A stretch of 64,000 nucleotides of DNA from Lama glama (GCA_028534125.1 CM052816.1:60886001-60950000); one strand, 5' to 3'; positions 27,290-40,345 are shown, counted from the first letter of the stretch. The notes: a model not told the origin generated them from the letters alone. Numbers and translations: made by a program.

Positions 27290-27935
27290 CTGGCAGAGAA
27301 ACGGGATTCAACACGGGGCCAGAGAACAGGGAGTAAAGCCAGCTGGCTCTTTATTTTTCAGTCTGGAGAGAAGTTAATTGCAGACTATGGGTGCTACATG
27401 TTAGGGTCTGTAACAATCAAAATCTTTTCCCTACACAAAGTCCAGTGCTTATGTCATGTTTCCCCTAATGAACTGCTCTACATAATAAAAAGATGATCCT
27501 TTGCAATTCAAATTGATGACTTAAGATATCTTCTTAAATTTTCCTGTTCCAAGAATTGAATAAATTGAATCACTATACTTCATTTTATAATAACTACACA
27601 ATATTTCAAAAATGTGTTTAAAATCCACTTCAAGTAAAAAGGTACGTGTTTTGCCATGAAATCCTTTAAAACAAGAAAGAGTGAAGTAACAAAACACCAT
27701 AATATTCTAAAGAGGATGAACCAATATACTCCACACCCCCTTTCAGAGCAGTGGTGACCGAGCCTGGGTCCTGATAAGAGCTTTTATGGTAGACTCATCA
27801 TTTGTCGTTTATAATAATGAAGAAACGTCACTTGGCTTTAAAAACTTCGTCTATCAGCAGAGGGTAGGCATAAACAAATTCCACTATTTTTTAAATCATC
27901 TATTTTTAAACACCTGCCCTTGGTCACTTACTTAC

Positions 27936-28765
27936 TTTTTTCAGACATCTGATAGGATAAATTGGAAGAAACTTATCAAATAACATCATTGGAAACATAC
28001 CCGAAGAATTCCTGTAGTCGCATATTTCCTGAGTTACATCTGTGTGTTATTTATGACTCCTGTCAAAAATGCCTTGGGGCTTTTGCTCCTCAATGCCGTA
28101 ACAGTTTATCTCCCCAAAACTGTGCCCATGTTTTACAGCAAGGTCCACAGCAATAAAGCAAGAAATCAGAAAAATCAGCATTTGATACCCATGGTTTAGC
28201 CTTTTGTGCTACCTGCGAACATCCAGAGGAGATCACAGAAGGGGTCTCAGTGACCTTGCAGCAGCTGCATATCCCTGTGATCTGAATTCTAATAGGCTCC
28301 TCTTCAATAATACATTACAGACTCAGTGCACTTCTGCATCCTCAGGATTTCTCAGTAGGAACCAAAATAATTCCAGCACACACCGTATTTTTCTTATCAC
28401 ACAGCTTCCATCGATACATTTATGATCTCTTTACAGGACACAATAGAGGGCACACATAGGCAGTGTGCCCACGTTTATCCACAGGTGCTCAGACGGATGT
28501 GTAAGTCAATAAATTCTAAATAAAAGAACTAAAGAAAATTCTTACCCAAGGGATGAATGCATGGCTGCTCATGTGCAAGACCTGTCCTGATAGAGATTGA
28601 CTTGAAAACCAGACAAAAGCAAGCCAGCAGAGGTCAGCTGTGAAGGTCAGGGAGATGACGGGGCTGCAGTAGCCATCAGCTCCAAAAAGAGACCCACCAA
28701 GACCCTTGGCATTAGCTGAGAATGGGTCCCCAGACCATCGGGGGTCCCCATATTCAAGCAAGTCT
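27936..28765 (-). pseudogene. Candidate large pseudo-exon (or two exons, 28546-28765 and 27936-28515)
   Basis: Long pyrimidine tract + cctatag|A at 28765; donor AAA|gtaagt at 27936. 28546-28765 is open (DLLEYGDPRWSGDPF...HAFIPW). The downstream part reads IY*LTHPSEHLWINVGTLP...VLELFWFLLRNPEDAEVH...HKRLNHGYQMLIFL...PIRCLKK, with 6 stops. Confidence 0.55.
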
Positions 28766-29039
28766 CTATAGGATAGGATTCCACAATAAAAAGCAATAAA
28801 ACACAAAGAGAAAGGTAATGTCTCTTCAGACCCAAGCAAAGAACAACAAAGCCACACGGAAATGTCAGTGCCCATTGCTGGGAGTCCTGAGGGGAGGCCA
28901 GCCAGACCCCAGTGCTCCCATCCTGTGCAACACAGACATGCCTCCTCCCAGCTTCCTCATGAGCTGAGTGATTGACACACAGCAGGAATAACTCAAGTTT
29001 GTCCCTCTGTATGATGACAAATGACTAGACGCCATGATG

Positions 29040-29200
29040 ATAAAAATAGTGGCTAATATGTATGGCGTGTCAACAGGATACCAGACACTGTGCTAAATTT
29101 TGTCTACGATCTCATTCAATCTTCACCTCAACTGAATGGGGCAAATATTAATATTACCCTTCATTTAATAGATGAGAATCTTAAGTTTAGTGAATTAGAC
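29040..29200 (-). mobile_element. MIR SINE fragment
   Basis: CCAGACACTGTGCTAAA...ATCTCATTCAATCTTCAC...TTTAATAGATGAG. Confidence 0.7.
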
Positions 29201-29759
29201 ATGTCAGCAAGTGTCTGTCCAGTTCACAATCATTTCCCCATCTCTCTGAACTCCCACTTTGCCCCATAATCCAGAGAGATGATTCCCCAGGAAACATGTT
29301 TGTACCCCCGATTCTGTCACTTGAGCCATTCAAAATTCCAGATTTGAATGGAGAGCAAGAGAGACTGAAAGTTGGTTGACAAGTCTTAGCAGCAGAGATT
29401 GAAAAGAGGAGCCATGAACTTGGGCTGCTGATGTCCAGGCAGTTCTTGGGACACAAGAGAGACCTTCCAGCAAGTGCCATTCTCCCTAAGCTAGACAGCG
29501 CTTTCTGTTCCCTGCTCTGGCCTCCATGCCCCAGATGGGAGGAGACAAGAGAGAGCCCCACTCACTCAAGGAACTGAGAGGGAGCTCCACACCTCAGGAA
29601 GTCTCAGCACCACCACTAGAAGGAGTTAAGGGGGAGCCCAAGAACTCGCGTGCCCTGGCAGAACCCCCTGGCTCCCCCTCCTCCACTGTTCACACCTTAG
29701 CTGCCACTCTGTGCTTTGTGCCCACCAGGTCCTTTATCCTTGTTATATCAGCCACCACA

Positions 29760-31440
29760 AGAAGCCCAGGGCTCCAAAGCATCCGGGCATCTCCTTTCCT
29801 GACCCTTGTTCCCCACCATCACCCATCCCCCCACTTCTGAAACCTCCTACTCACATAACCAATCCTCAGCAAAATCTCTGCTGTCCTCAGTCTCTTCTGG
29901 GACCACTTCCTTAGCCTCTTTTTCTAACTAAATCTGAGAATACTGCTTTTCCTGCAACCCTCTCAAATAGTGGACATTTTCTCCTTCACGCCCCGTAAAC
30001 AACTGGACCAGAGATGAAACAGCTGTGCTCTGCTCCTCACTGCCTTTTCTAGACCTTTCTTTTTCCCAAGCCTCCACCTCAGAGCTTTGCACCTTACATC
30101 ATCATGCTGTTCCCACCCATTCCTGGTCCATGTTGCAGTCATCTACCGTGCCCCCAGCCCAACATCACTACCCTCACTCCTCCAAGATTTTTGCTCTTGG
30201 CTTCCTGACACTTTCTCCAATATTGATCTTACCAAAATTCTTGGTGATTTTAATATTCACATGGATGATCTTGCCAATATTCTGTTTTCTCATGTCCTTA
30301 CAATCTTGTCTGCCACCCAACCTCAGACACCCACTCCTGTGGTCACACCCAGGACCCTGGCATTTATCAATCACAGCATCTTCTTTATAACATCAGTTTC
30401 GAGGATTTCACTCCTATGTCCCACTGCTTATTTAATATCCTCACTTATCTGGTGGCCGTCTCAAACTTAGTATAAAACCAAACTCCTGATCTGTTCCCCC
30501 AAACCTGCTCCAACTGCTATCTTCCCCTCTCAGTTAAGATCCTTAACTGAGCCCCATCCTTCCAGGTGTGTGAACCAAAAACTTTAATTTTTTTCATACC
30601 CTACATCTAGTCTGTCAAGATCCCCTTGGATCTATCTTCAAAATATATCCAGAATCCAACCACATCTCACCAACTCACCACAACCACCCCGATCTGAACC
30701 ACCATCATCTCTTACTTGAATGACGGCAGTCGCCTCCTAACTGGTCCCACCGCTTCTACCCTTGGCCTCTCTCCCACCTCCAGTCTCCTTCAACCCAGCA
30801 CCCAAAGTGGATCATCTAAAACACAAATCAAGTTATGCCCTTCAGCGCTCAAAAGCTCTCCATTAGCTTTCCATCACATGGAAAGTAAAAGCCAGACTCT
30901 TCATGATAACTTACAAGATCTTAGACATGTCCGTCCCCAGCACCTCCTGGACCTCCCCTCCCGCTAAAGCCCTTTGTTTATCCTGCTCCATCCCTCTGGC
31001 CTCCATGCTGTTCCTCTAACATGCTAGACACACTTCTGGCACAGGGCCCAGCTCTCTCTCCCACCTCAACCTGGAATGTTCTTTCTTGCAGACTTTCACT
31101 ACCTTACTCTCTTCCCTCCTTCTGGCCTTTACTCAAAATCACCTTTCCACTGAGGGCTTCCCTGACCACCCACCTTAAAACTGCAGCCCCTCTACACCAT
31201 CTCTTCCTGCCCTGAAACTTCCTGTCCCCTTTTCTTACTTTATTTTTCTTCATGACGCTTAATTGTCATCTTCACACAATAAACATTTACTTCTTTTTTG
31301 AGTGTCTGCCTCCACCTGGTGGAATGCCAACTCCTCCAGGGCAGGGATTTTTGTGTTTTGTTCACTGCTAGGTCCTCAACACAGAGAGCAGTGCCTGAAA
31401 CAGAGCAGCCCCTCAATTGAATTAATGAATGAATATATGA
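29760..31440 (+). mobile_element. L2 (L2a-like) LINE with endonuclease remnant and 3' tail
   Basis: ORF track 30087-30470 has VAVIYRAP and ILGDFNIHMDD (APE-type endonuclease motifs); 3' end GAATGCCAACTCCTCCAGGGCAGGGATTTT...GAATTAATGAATGAA. Confidence 0.9.
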
Positions 31441-31699
31441 GAGCAAATAGTTTTAAGTAGGTTAAGCTATTTCTCAAAGGCCACAGCGCGAGTAAGTGAC
31501 AGAAACAGGACTGCAGCACACGTTTACCTGAGGCCATGCTGTGCTGTCCATTCCAGGTCTTCCCTGCCTCGCGTGACTGTGTGTGCTCCGGACAGCCCAC
31601 AGAAAGCCACAATCCGAAATGCTAAATTCTCAAGTGATGAGTTCGTTATGCCCTTATTCGAAAGATGAAGGATAAAAAGGAGTCTGCGTGGAATTGTTT

Positions 31700-31921
31700 A
31701 AATCAAAGCATACTCTGTAAAAGGCCAGTTGGCCTTTTATTTTATGCTTCGCAGGCTATTTGGTCTCTGTCTCCACTACGTGACTCTGTTATTATAGGAC
31801 AAAAGCAGCCACAGGCAACATGGAAACAGGTGGGCATGGTTGTGTGCCAACAGAACTGCATTCACAAGAGATAGATGAAGGACTAGGTTCCACCACAGGC
31901 TGTAATTTGCTAACCCCAGGT
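31700..31921. mobile_element. MER58A-like hAT-Charlie element
   Basis: TCTGTAAAAGGCCAG...AAAAGCAGCCACAGGCAACA...GCATGGTTGTGTGCCAACAGAACT...GCTGTAATTTGCTAACCCC. Confidence 0.75.
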
Positions 31922-31994
31922 TTAAATCTGTAAGATTGCAATTGGGATCAATGGGTTCTTGTATTTCAAATCTTAGGCAATTACAGGAAGCAAT

Positions 31995-32250
31995 GAGCTA
32001 AAACAAAAAGAGCATCAACTTTGATTGCAACCAGTTCTGGGTTCAAATTCCAGCCCTGCCGTGTGCTAGCTGTGACATTACATGGGAAAACTACCCAGCT
32101 CTTTGAAATTCAGTTTGCTTACTCATCAAAAGGGATAAATAACCCTTACCTGGCAGGGCTGTTTTGAGGCATAAAGGAGATGGTGTATGCACAACAGCCA
32201 CTGAAGTGTACCCAACAGTTGCTCTGTCATAATGATGATGATAATAGTAT
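31995..32250 (+). mobile_element. MIR SINE
   Basis: CTGGGTTCAAATTCCAGCCCTGCC...TAGCTGTGAC...CCTTACCTGGCAGGGCTGTTTTGAGG. Confidence 0.75.
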
Positions 32251-32591
32251 TAGTAGGTGGCTCTGATGAGACCCCACTAGACTGTAAATCCCTTGGGATG
32301 CAGGTCTCTCTCTTTCTTCATTTTGAAGTCCTCTTAGCACCTAGTTCCAACCTAGAGACTTCGGTACCAAGCATTTTGTAAAAGACAAAAGAAAGGACAC
32401 ATGACTTTACATAATGCCTGCTAAACTACTGAGCCCAAGATATAATATAGATTTAAAACAACAATGAGCTCTAGAAGCGTTTAAACCAATGAGGGTTAAG
32501 GACATGGTAGCTGTGCATTATGATGTTAACAGCATCTGGGTAATATTAAACCAACCGTTTCACCCTTGTTTTATCTAGTCCTCAGTTGTTC

Positions 32592-33078
32592 TGTGGTAGA
32601 TGTTGCAGATTGTCTCACACATTTCCATTCCAACACCAGCACCAGCACCAGCACCACCTCCCCTGTAGCCCTGCTGCACACAGAGGCAGGAAAACAAAAC
32701 TGCATTTCCCTGGCACCCTTAGATCTTATGCTGCACTTGTTCCCTGGCTTCCACCAAGCAGACACTCCGTAAGAGATTTGCAAATCCTCAGGGAAGTGGC
32801 TTTTCCACTGGCAAAACATAGGGCACATATTTTGCTGGCTTGGATGCTGGCTGAGGCCAAGTGGTCCTGCTGTTGAGACAGAGGTCTCCCTTCCTGATTT
32901 CCCAGCAGAGGCAGCAGCACCTTTGCTGGGCTAATCCTGCAGTATGGTTCTAGGAGTCACTTCTAGAAGCTCAGCCTAGCTCCTGCTCCTCTAGCCTGTT
33001 TCACAAAACATGTTCAAGCTGCTTGTGTTAAAAGTAACCACTGGTTTCTGCCAGCTGGAGCTGATCCAGGACTGACAC
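32592..33078 (+). mobile_element. Old ERVL solo LTR (LTR33/LTR16-like) containing a short (CACCAG)n
   Basis: TGTGGTAGATGTTG...AAAACTGCATTTCCCTGGCACCCTT...GACTGACA; subfamily uncertain. Confidence 0.6.
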
Positions 33079-33561
33079 TGCTCCTTTCTTAGGAGCCCAG
33101 CCGGGCAACTCAGATCAGCAAGATTCTTTCGTTGTGTAGAATGCACTCGAGATATGACCCCAGACTGGCTTCTTAAGCAGGAAGAAGGAGTGACAGGCCT
33201 GACTTTTCCAACAAATGGGGTGTGGGAAGAGGGACAGAGGGAGACAAAGCAGGTGATGAGGCATGTGTGTCTAACCTCCCTTCTCTGGGACAACATCCAG
33301 AGGGAGAAGGCTCATTGGGCAGAGCACAGCCAGCTGAAACAGAAATGCTCTCTGCCCTGCTCCTCAATGAGTGCTCACTGGGGGCAAAGCCCTGGCAGGC
33401 AGCCCCCACATCAGCATGAGTGATCACAAAGCTGGCTCCCCTATGGCCTTGAGGTTTTCAGAAATTGCCCCCTACCTGTTGAAGAAGGTAAGCTGCAATG
33501 AGCAAACTGGAGGACAATAGGCAAGACACTATAATTTTTGTGTTTAAAAATTGGCCCTCTA

Positions 33562-33705
33562 TGGGAGACAGATGTAGTTCAGTGGTAGAGCGTGTGCTTA
33601 GCATGTACGAGGTCCTGGGTTCAATCCCCAGTGCCTCCATTAAACAAACAAACAAACAAACAAACAAATCTAATTACCTCCCCCAGAAAAAAATAAAATA
33701 AAAAT
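33562..33705 (+). mobile_element. tRNA-Ala-derived camelid SINE (Vic-1 type)
   Basis: TGTAGTTCAGTGGTAGAGCGTGTGCTTAGCATGTACGAGGTCCTGGGTTCAATCCCCAG, (AAAC)n middle, A tail; TSD AAAATTGGCCCTCTAT / AAAATAGACCCTCTAT. Confidence 0.92.
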
Positions 33706-34136
33706 AAAAATAGACCCTCTATAGTATATTTGTGTACAAATCTTTTGTCAAAAATATCTGTCACTTGTCAAATTGTGAACAACGGTTACTCCCCACCCAA
33801 AATGGGAAGAGTTGAGGGACGGGGGAAACCTTACTTTTTCAGGTATAGTGTTCAATACTGTGTGAATTTTAAAATGTGAACATGGACTTCTTTAGTAATT
33901 AGAAATTGTTCCTTTTTTACCTCCTCCTTTGCAGCTGTTAGCCAAATGGAAAGAGCCAGGTGTGAGCAGCTAACAGCAGGAGCTATTAAGCATGATCTGC
34001 CCAAGGAAATTTCTGTTCACACTTGGCCATTACTATTCCACAGACATGTTACTATTCTAAAAGTTTCCCCTCTGTCATTTTTGAGACAAGGTAAATGGGT
34101 GACATCAGAATGGTAAGGTATGTCTGCACCCTAGAC

Positions 34137-34475
34137 CAGTGGTTCTCAGACTTGAGCAAACATCAAAATCCCCTGGAGGGCTTGTTAAAACACAGATTTC
34201 TGGGTCCACTTCCGTAGGTCTTGTTTCAGTGTATCTGGGTCAAGACCAAAGATGTGCATTTCCAGGCTGTTCCCAGGCTGTTCCATGCTGATGGATGGAC
34301 CGCGCTTTGAGACCCTCCCTCCCGTAACTGTGGTCTCAGACCAGCAGTAGCATCTCCTGGGAGCTTATTAAAGATGCAGACTCTTGGGCCTGACCCCAGA
34401 CCTCCTGAAGCAGAAGCTGCATTCTAACCAGACCCCTGGGTGGTTCGCACACAGGTGGCAGCTGGAGAACCTGGT
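34137..34475. mobile_element. Two adjacent MER5-family hAT-Charlie elements
   Basis: CAGTGGTTCTCAGACTT...GGGCTTGTTAAAACACAGATT (MER5A-like), then CCAGCAGTAGCATCTCCTGGGAGCTTATTAAAGATGCAGACTC (MER5A1-like). Confidence 0.8.
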
Positions 34476-35689
34476 CTTGAGTCCAAAGCCTTTAGCCCCA
34501 CACTGTGAGATGCTTCTACTAAGCACAGACCCATTCACGAGCTCTCCCTCCACGTCCTGGCTCCATGCTGCTGAGGCAGGACAGTGCTCTGTCAGTGGCC
34601 CTGGGGACAGGAGGTAGGAGGAAGGAGATCCCGTCCATGAGAGGAAAGACCTTGGCCACAGCCTCTGAGCAACGTGTAGCAGGGACACTCTTTCTCTCCT
34701 TGGGCAAATATCCACAGCCTGTATTTTCAACAGGGCTGCTAGGTTACACCCTCCCAAGCTCACAGAGAGTCAGAGGCTGGATCCCATTCTGGACAGAGCC
34801 TCCCACCAGCTCCAACTGAACACTCCCCACCAAGGGTCCTCCATCTCTGTCAGGGCGTCTCAGAAGCATACAGTCTGCAAAGCTACGTCTCAGGCAGAAT
34901 ACACCCCGGCCAATCAGAAAGCCCTTCGGACACTTCAGAGACAAAGCAAGCATGACTTCCAGCACTTAATTCCTTCCAGAGCCCACACGACGGGATGGAA
35001 TAGGCAGGCCACATGCCAAGCCCAGTTTCATTGCCTGATGGGGGTCAAGCTGGCTATGTCTGGATCTTCAATGCCATCTGATTAGGCCAACCAGCCTCCT
35101 GACACCACACTTTGTTCCTACAACACGGGGAGACTCAGAGGAGAGTGACTGCTGCCCTTCCACCCCCTGCCCAGACCAGCCTCGGAGCCCCTCCTGCTGC
35201 AGGGACTACCCGCCCAGCCCCACAGGAGACCATCCCAGCAGATCTGAGCTCCTCCCTGGAAGACGGACCAGGAGAGGAAAACAGAAATTGTGAACAAATG
35301 AACAAAAAGGCTTTCAGCTGATTAGATAGGCTGTTTCTCTCTATTAATCTACAAAGCTGTGTTTCTCCATAGCTCATCTGAGACATCTCAACGCCTCCTG
35401 CAGGGAAACAAGTGGTGCTGACTGGTCTCCAAACCATGGTGTCGAGAATTGGATGGTACGCTGAATGTGTGAACAAAAATCAACTTTAAAACTGGGGGAA
35501 ATGAAATGGAACAATAATTTCCAAGTGAATAAGCAGGTATAATCCTTCCATAAGTTGTTCCAGTTGTGGTTAAGAAACATCCTCACCCTTCTCCTCACAA
35601 CCACTTGAGGTCTATGGAAGGCCGGCCCCGTGCGAGGCTGCTCAGGGTTAGCCTGCTTATCTTCGTAACAGTCCTCGGTACCGGTAGGA

Positions 35690-36490
35690 GCTGCTTTTAC
35701 TCCCAGCACTCTAGACACCAGATGTGCGGACTTTTTTCACACCAACAACTAGTTCTTGAACCCTCCAACACCAGCAGGGTGTCCTACAATTCAATTCCGA
35801 TACTAACGACGCAGAGTTAGCGTCAGACCCACAGGTTAAAGAGCTTAGTCCCACATGACTCCCCTCGCTGCCCCTGCCAGTTCCGTGCACTGAGCGCTCA
35901 GGGTACACACACGTCTGTCTGACTTGGCTACAAAGTGAGGTTCCCCCAACCCTCTGTTTCAAGTTGGATAATTTGCTAAATGGTTCAGAGAACTCAGGGA
36001 GACACTGCACAGTGTCACCGGTTTATTATAGAGGATATAAGTGAAAAGCCAGGTGAAAAGGTACGTAGGACAAGGTCCAGGAGGACCCCAAGCACAGGAG
36101 CCTCTGTCCTTGCAGCACTGGGATGCGCCATCGTCCCCGCACGCAGCTGTGTTCACCAGCTCCAAAGCTCTCTGAAGCCCAGTGTTTAGAGATTTAATGG
36201 AGGTTCAGTTACAGAATCATGATTAAATCACTGGCCACTGATGACTGAACTCAACCTGGAGCTCCTCTCTCCTTCCTAGAGGTTGAGGAGTGGAGGGGAA
36301 ATTTCCAAACCTCTAATCAAGCCTTGATCTTTCTGTAGACTGACCCCCATCCCTCAGCTACCAGAGGACCCCTCAGAATTACCTCATTAGAGTAAGAAAC
36401 TCCAATACCCTCGTCCCTCAGGAATTGCAAGGGTTTTAGGAGCTCTGTGCCAGGAACCTGGGTCAGAGACCCAACGGCTTCCGATACTAT
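35690..36490 (-). mobile_element. MER21-like solo LTR inserted into a MIR
   Basis: GGGTGTCCTACAATTCAATTC...CAAGGGTTTTAGGAGCTCTGTGCCAGGAAC; MIR text resumes at ~36500 (TTTTATACAGATGGGAACACTGAAG...CCCAAGGTCACAGAGCTAG). Confidence 0.75.
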
Positions 36491-37104
36491 CCAAGTGGGT
36501 ACTGTCTTCTCTTTTATACAGATGGGAACACTGAAGCCTAAAGACATCAATTAACATGCCCAAGGTCACAGAGCTAGGACCTGAGGAGACTGACTGGAGC
36601 CTCTACCAATCGTTAGCCTATAGCGCCTTCCAACCTTACAGCTTAAAGGGGCACCACCCTTGACAAAAAATAAACACAATAATGAAAGGAATATCCAAAC
36701 ACTTCAGAAATATTGGAGAAGCCACTTTGTCTTTGTGTCAAGGTAACCCTGGAGTGACAATCATTACATATGCTTATGGTGTGGCATGTTTGGGGGTACA
36801 TTCAGGAGGTCCAGATGGCTTGTGTATTGTTTGATAAATGGGGAGCAGTCACTCCCATCATTGGAAGGGAAAGCAAAATTATGCCTCAACTCCGGACCAG
36901 CTCATCACAGCTGCCAGCTGCAGAAACACTTCATTTGGTCATGACCCAAGCATTAGTGCTGACTGCTTTGACGCATGCGAAGGCCCCAGGTCATCAGCCC
37001 AGACTGACAGCACAAGGAGACTTTCTGCTTCTCAGTCCTCCTATCTTTGAGCCTCATTCCTCATTGCCAGGATGACAGATTGCCTTGTGTCATGCTAGGG
37101 AAAA

Positions 37105-37114
37105 CATACACACC

Positions 37115-37153
<39 letters not shown>
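37105..37153. repeat. (CA)n microsatellite
   Basis: Directly visible; the pure run has about 19 units. Confidence 0.97.
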
Positions 37154-37157
<4 letters not shown>

Positions 37158-37245
37158 TGCCTGAAAGGCGCCCAGTTTCACTTGATAAGCATGAGGTAAT
37201 ATAAATTAAAGAACCCTGCTTATATTAGTTTCAAATGGGAATAGG

Positions 37246-37421
37246 CAGTTGGTTTTTATTATTAAACCAAAGGATGATTTAACACATGTTGGAGAGCTGG
37301 CTACTTCACCATAGATGGAATCATCTTTTTGTACAGTTGGTTTTTATTATTAAACCAAAGGATGATTTAACACATGTTGGAGAGCTGGCTACTTCACCAT
37401 AGATGGAATCATCTTTTTGTA
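37246..37421. repeat. Perfect tandem duplication of an 88-bp unit
   Basis: 37246-37333 and 37334-37421 are identical (CAGTTGGTTTTTATTATTAAACC...ATCTTTTTGTA). Confidence 0.98.
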
Positions 37422-37984
37422 AATGCTAACACTCAAAATTTTGTCAGATATAATTCACAGGGGAGGGGGATCAATGCCATCCATGAATAAAGTGCAGAAA
37501 ACACTCGAACTCATAAGCACATAAGAGAAACAGAAGGGTAGTGGAAGCGCAAATGTAGTGGTATTGGACAGAAAAGCCAGATCGACGTTTGAAACTGGCC
37601 ACACAGCAAATAATATACAGCACAGAAATCACAAATTGTCTCAAATGCCTTGCTGAGACATCATAGAGCTAAGGAAATTGGAATTATGAGCTGATTTATG
37701 AGCGGTCATAACGATAAATATCAGTGACTGAAGATCTACTCTGTAGCAAACAATATAGGTATGATTCCCATTTAACAGATGGGGAAACTGAGGCTTAAAG
37801 GCATTGAATAACCAATAGCAGATGCCATGGATGATAAAAAGCAGAACCTGGATCTAAGTCAAGGCTGAGCTGAATCCAAAGCCCATACATTTTTCAGGAT
37901 ATGTGGGAAATGGCTATAAATGTTTTAAGACTACAAATTGGAAAATGGCATCCAATTTGAGGAATGCCTAGAAGGGCCTGCAGT

Positions 37985-38503
37985 GACCGCTGCTGGTGAT
38001 CTGTCCAACATCCTTACCCCTTTCTTCTTTCCTGTCCAAACCTCAATTTTGTTGTATATTTAGTCATCTGATTTCCAACTCCCAAAGGAGAGTCCTGATT
38101 GAGTTGAGAATCCTTCTGGCCACTGTTATCAATCTAGTGGTGAGCACATGACCTTAGATGGCTCAGTTACACTGAAGAGAGGAACATATATTCAAAACTT
38201 GGGAGGTACTCTTCTCTCTTCTCTGGATAGAACAAGGAAGCGTGTTGCCCTTTGGATAACTGGCAGCCATACTGTGACCATGAAGAGGACCACAAGAAGA
38301 CAAAGCCAACACCCCAACAATAGCACTGTGGCAAGATGGAAAAAGAACAGGCTGTAAGACAAAAATCCAATGAGCTGCTGATTTAACCAATTTTTGAAAC
38401 TGTCATACTTCTGAATTTCTTGTTATGTGAAATAAAATGTCTTTATTTTTAAATAGTTTGAGGCAGAGTTTGTCACTGATATACAAAAGCATCCTAACTG
38501 ATA
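37985..38503 (+). mobile_element. Old MLT1 (H-K type) solo LTR
   Basis: GGCAGCCATACTGTGACCATGAAG...TTCTTGTTATGTGAAATAAAATG...AAAGCATCCTAACTGATA. Confidence 0.75.
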
Positions 38504-38859
38504 TTGGCTCCCTGCCCAAATTATCTCCTTTAATAGCCTACCAAGTCCCCATGTTCCACAATTAGAGATTTATTCCTTTGGACAGTTATGTTCTCTAAAA
38601 GGTAAGAGGTAAATAACTATATAACCTTAGAGAGGGGACTGTTTTCCTTATTATTGCACAAAAAGAAGTGATTTATAAAGGAAAATATTAATACATTAAA
38701 CTACATAAAAAGTTAAAATTTCTTAACATAGAAATACCATAAATAAACTGTAAAGGGAAACAATAAACTGGAGAACAACTTTTTGCACACAATACAAAGG
38801 GTTAATATCTTTCTATATAAAAAGTTCTGCAAGTAGATGGATACTTCAAGAGCAAAATA

Positions 38860-39365
38860 TGCAAAGACTATAAAAATCGATGGCCATTAAATGTATTTTT
38901 TAACGTTTAATTTTACTACTAATCAAAGAAATACAAGTTAAAATATGTTCATCTACCAGATTTGAATTGGTTATTTTTTTCCTTACCAAGGAATTAAGGA
39001 TGACCTTATTAACTTGGCTACCAGCTGAGGGTCCTCAGCCCTCCTCATTCTTCATCAGACTCGCCCCGGCTTGTGATCATGGTAGAGGCAGGGGTTATGA
39101 GAAAAAGAGTGTAAACACACAGGCCTGTTGAGCCCAGGCTTAGAGCTGGCAAACCATCACTTCCACTGTATTCTATTGGCCAAAACAAGTCACAAGGCCA
39201 GCATAGACTGGAAGGAAAATGACTCCACCTCTTGATGGGAGGACTGGCAAAATCATTTTGTAGACATTCTGAATACAAGGAGAGGTGGAGAACTGGGGTC
39301 CCTTTTCAATCTGTCAGAAGCATGTACTACACTATTCCAATTATGTTTTTTAAAAATTATATGTA
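38860..39365 (+). repeat. Copy 1 of a diverged ~500-bp direct repeat (L1M/MLT1 composite)
   Basis: Aligns along its length to 41098-41592, including the shared CCAGCTGAGGGTCCTCAGCCCTCCTCATTC and the L1-to-MLT junction. Confidence 0.9.
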
Positions 39366-39439
39366 TCTATCTAAAATATATATGCATATGTATGTGCACC
39401 ATGGGCAAGTCAACTATCCACAGCAATTCACTCTCAATT

Positions 39440-40345
39440 GAACAGGCACTACAAATAGCCAAATGAGTCTATGAAAAAATGCTCAGTAGCACTAGTCACC
39501 ATGGAAATGCAAATTACAGCCATAATGAGACACCATTACCTACCCACCAAAATGGCTAAAATTAAAACCAAAAAAATTTTAAAAACTGACAATACCACAT
39601 ATTGGTGAGATATGGAGTTACTGGGACTCAGATACTGCTGGTGAAAATGCAGATTGGTAGGACCACTTTGGAACTTGTCCATGTCTATTCAATTGAACAT
39701 ATATACACTTTATGATCCAGCAATTCCACTCCCAGGTATATACCCAGAAGAAATGCACATATGCTCATGAAAGGACATGTCTAAGAACATTCACAGAAGT
39801 ATATTCATAACATCCCAAATCAACCCAAGTGTTCATCAACAACAGAATGGATAAATTCTGATATTTTCCACAAAATGGAACGCTACACAGCAATGAAAAA
39901 GAACAAATACTGCTATTAGCAACAACATTGATAACTCTGACCTGATGTTGAGCAAACAAAACCAGATCCCAAAAAAGCTATATATTACAATGCCATTGCA
40001 CACACATAAGACTAACCCAAGATCTCAGAAGTCAGAATAGCAGTTACCTTTGAAGACAAGTCATTCCAGAAGGTGCTGCTAACACACTGTTCTTGATCTG
40101 GGTTGTGATTTCACATTGTCAAAATTCAAGGTGTACCCTCAAAATGTGGGTGCTTTGCTGGGAGGCGAGAATAGCTCAGTTGTAGAGCGTGTACTTAGCA
40201 TGCACAGGGTGCTGGGTTCAACTGTTGGTACCTCTATGAGAAAAACAAAACAAAACAAAAAAACTGTCTTTAAAAAAAAACAACAAAAAATTTAGGCAAT
40301 TTGCTGTCTGTACATTATACTTCAGTAACAATATTTACAAAATAA
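39440..40345 (+). mobile_element. L1MC/ME 3' end
   Basis: ATGAAAAAATGCTCA...TATGATCCAGCAATTCCACTCCCAGGTATATACCCAGAAGAAATG. Confidence 0.85.
40159..40290 (+). mobile_element. tRNA-Ala-derived camelid SINE (Vic-1 type) inside the L1
   Basis: ATAGCTCAGTTGTAGAGCGTGTACTTAGCATGCACAGGGTGCTGGGTTCAA followed by an A tail. Confidence 0.85.

Noticed and set aside
37246..37421. CRISPR-like or other prokaryotic repeat array
   Set aside because: Two adjacent copies with no spacer in mammalian DNA; a simple tandem duplication.
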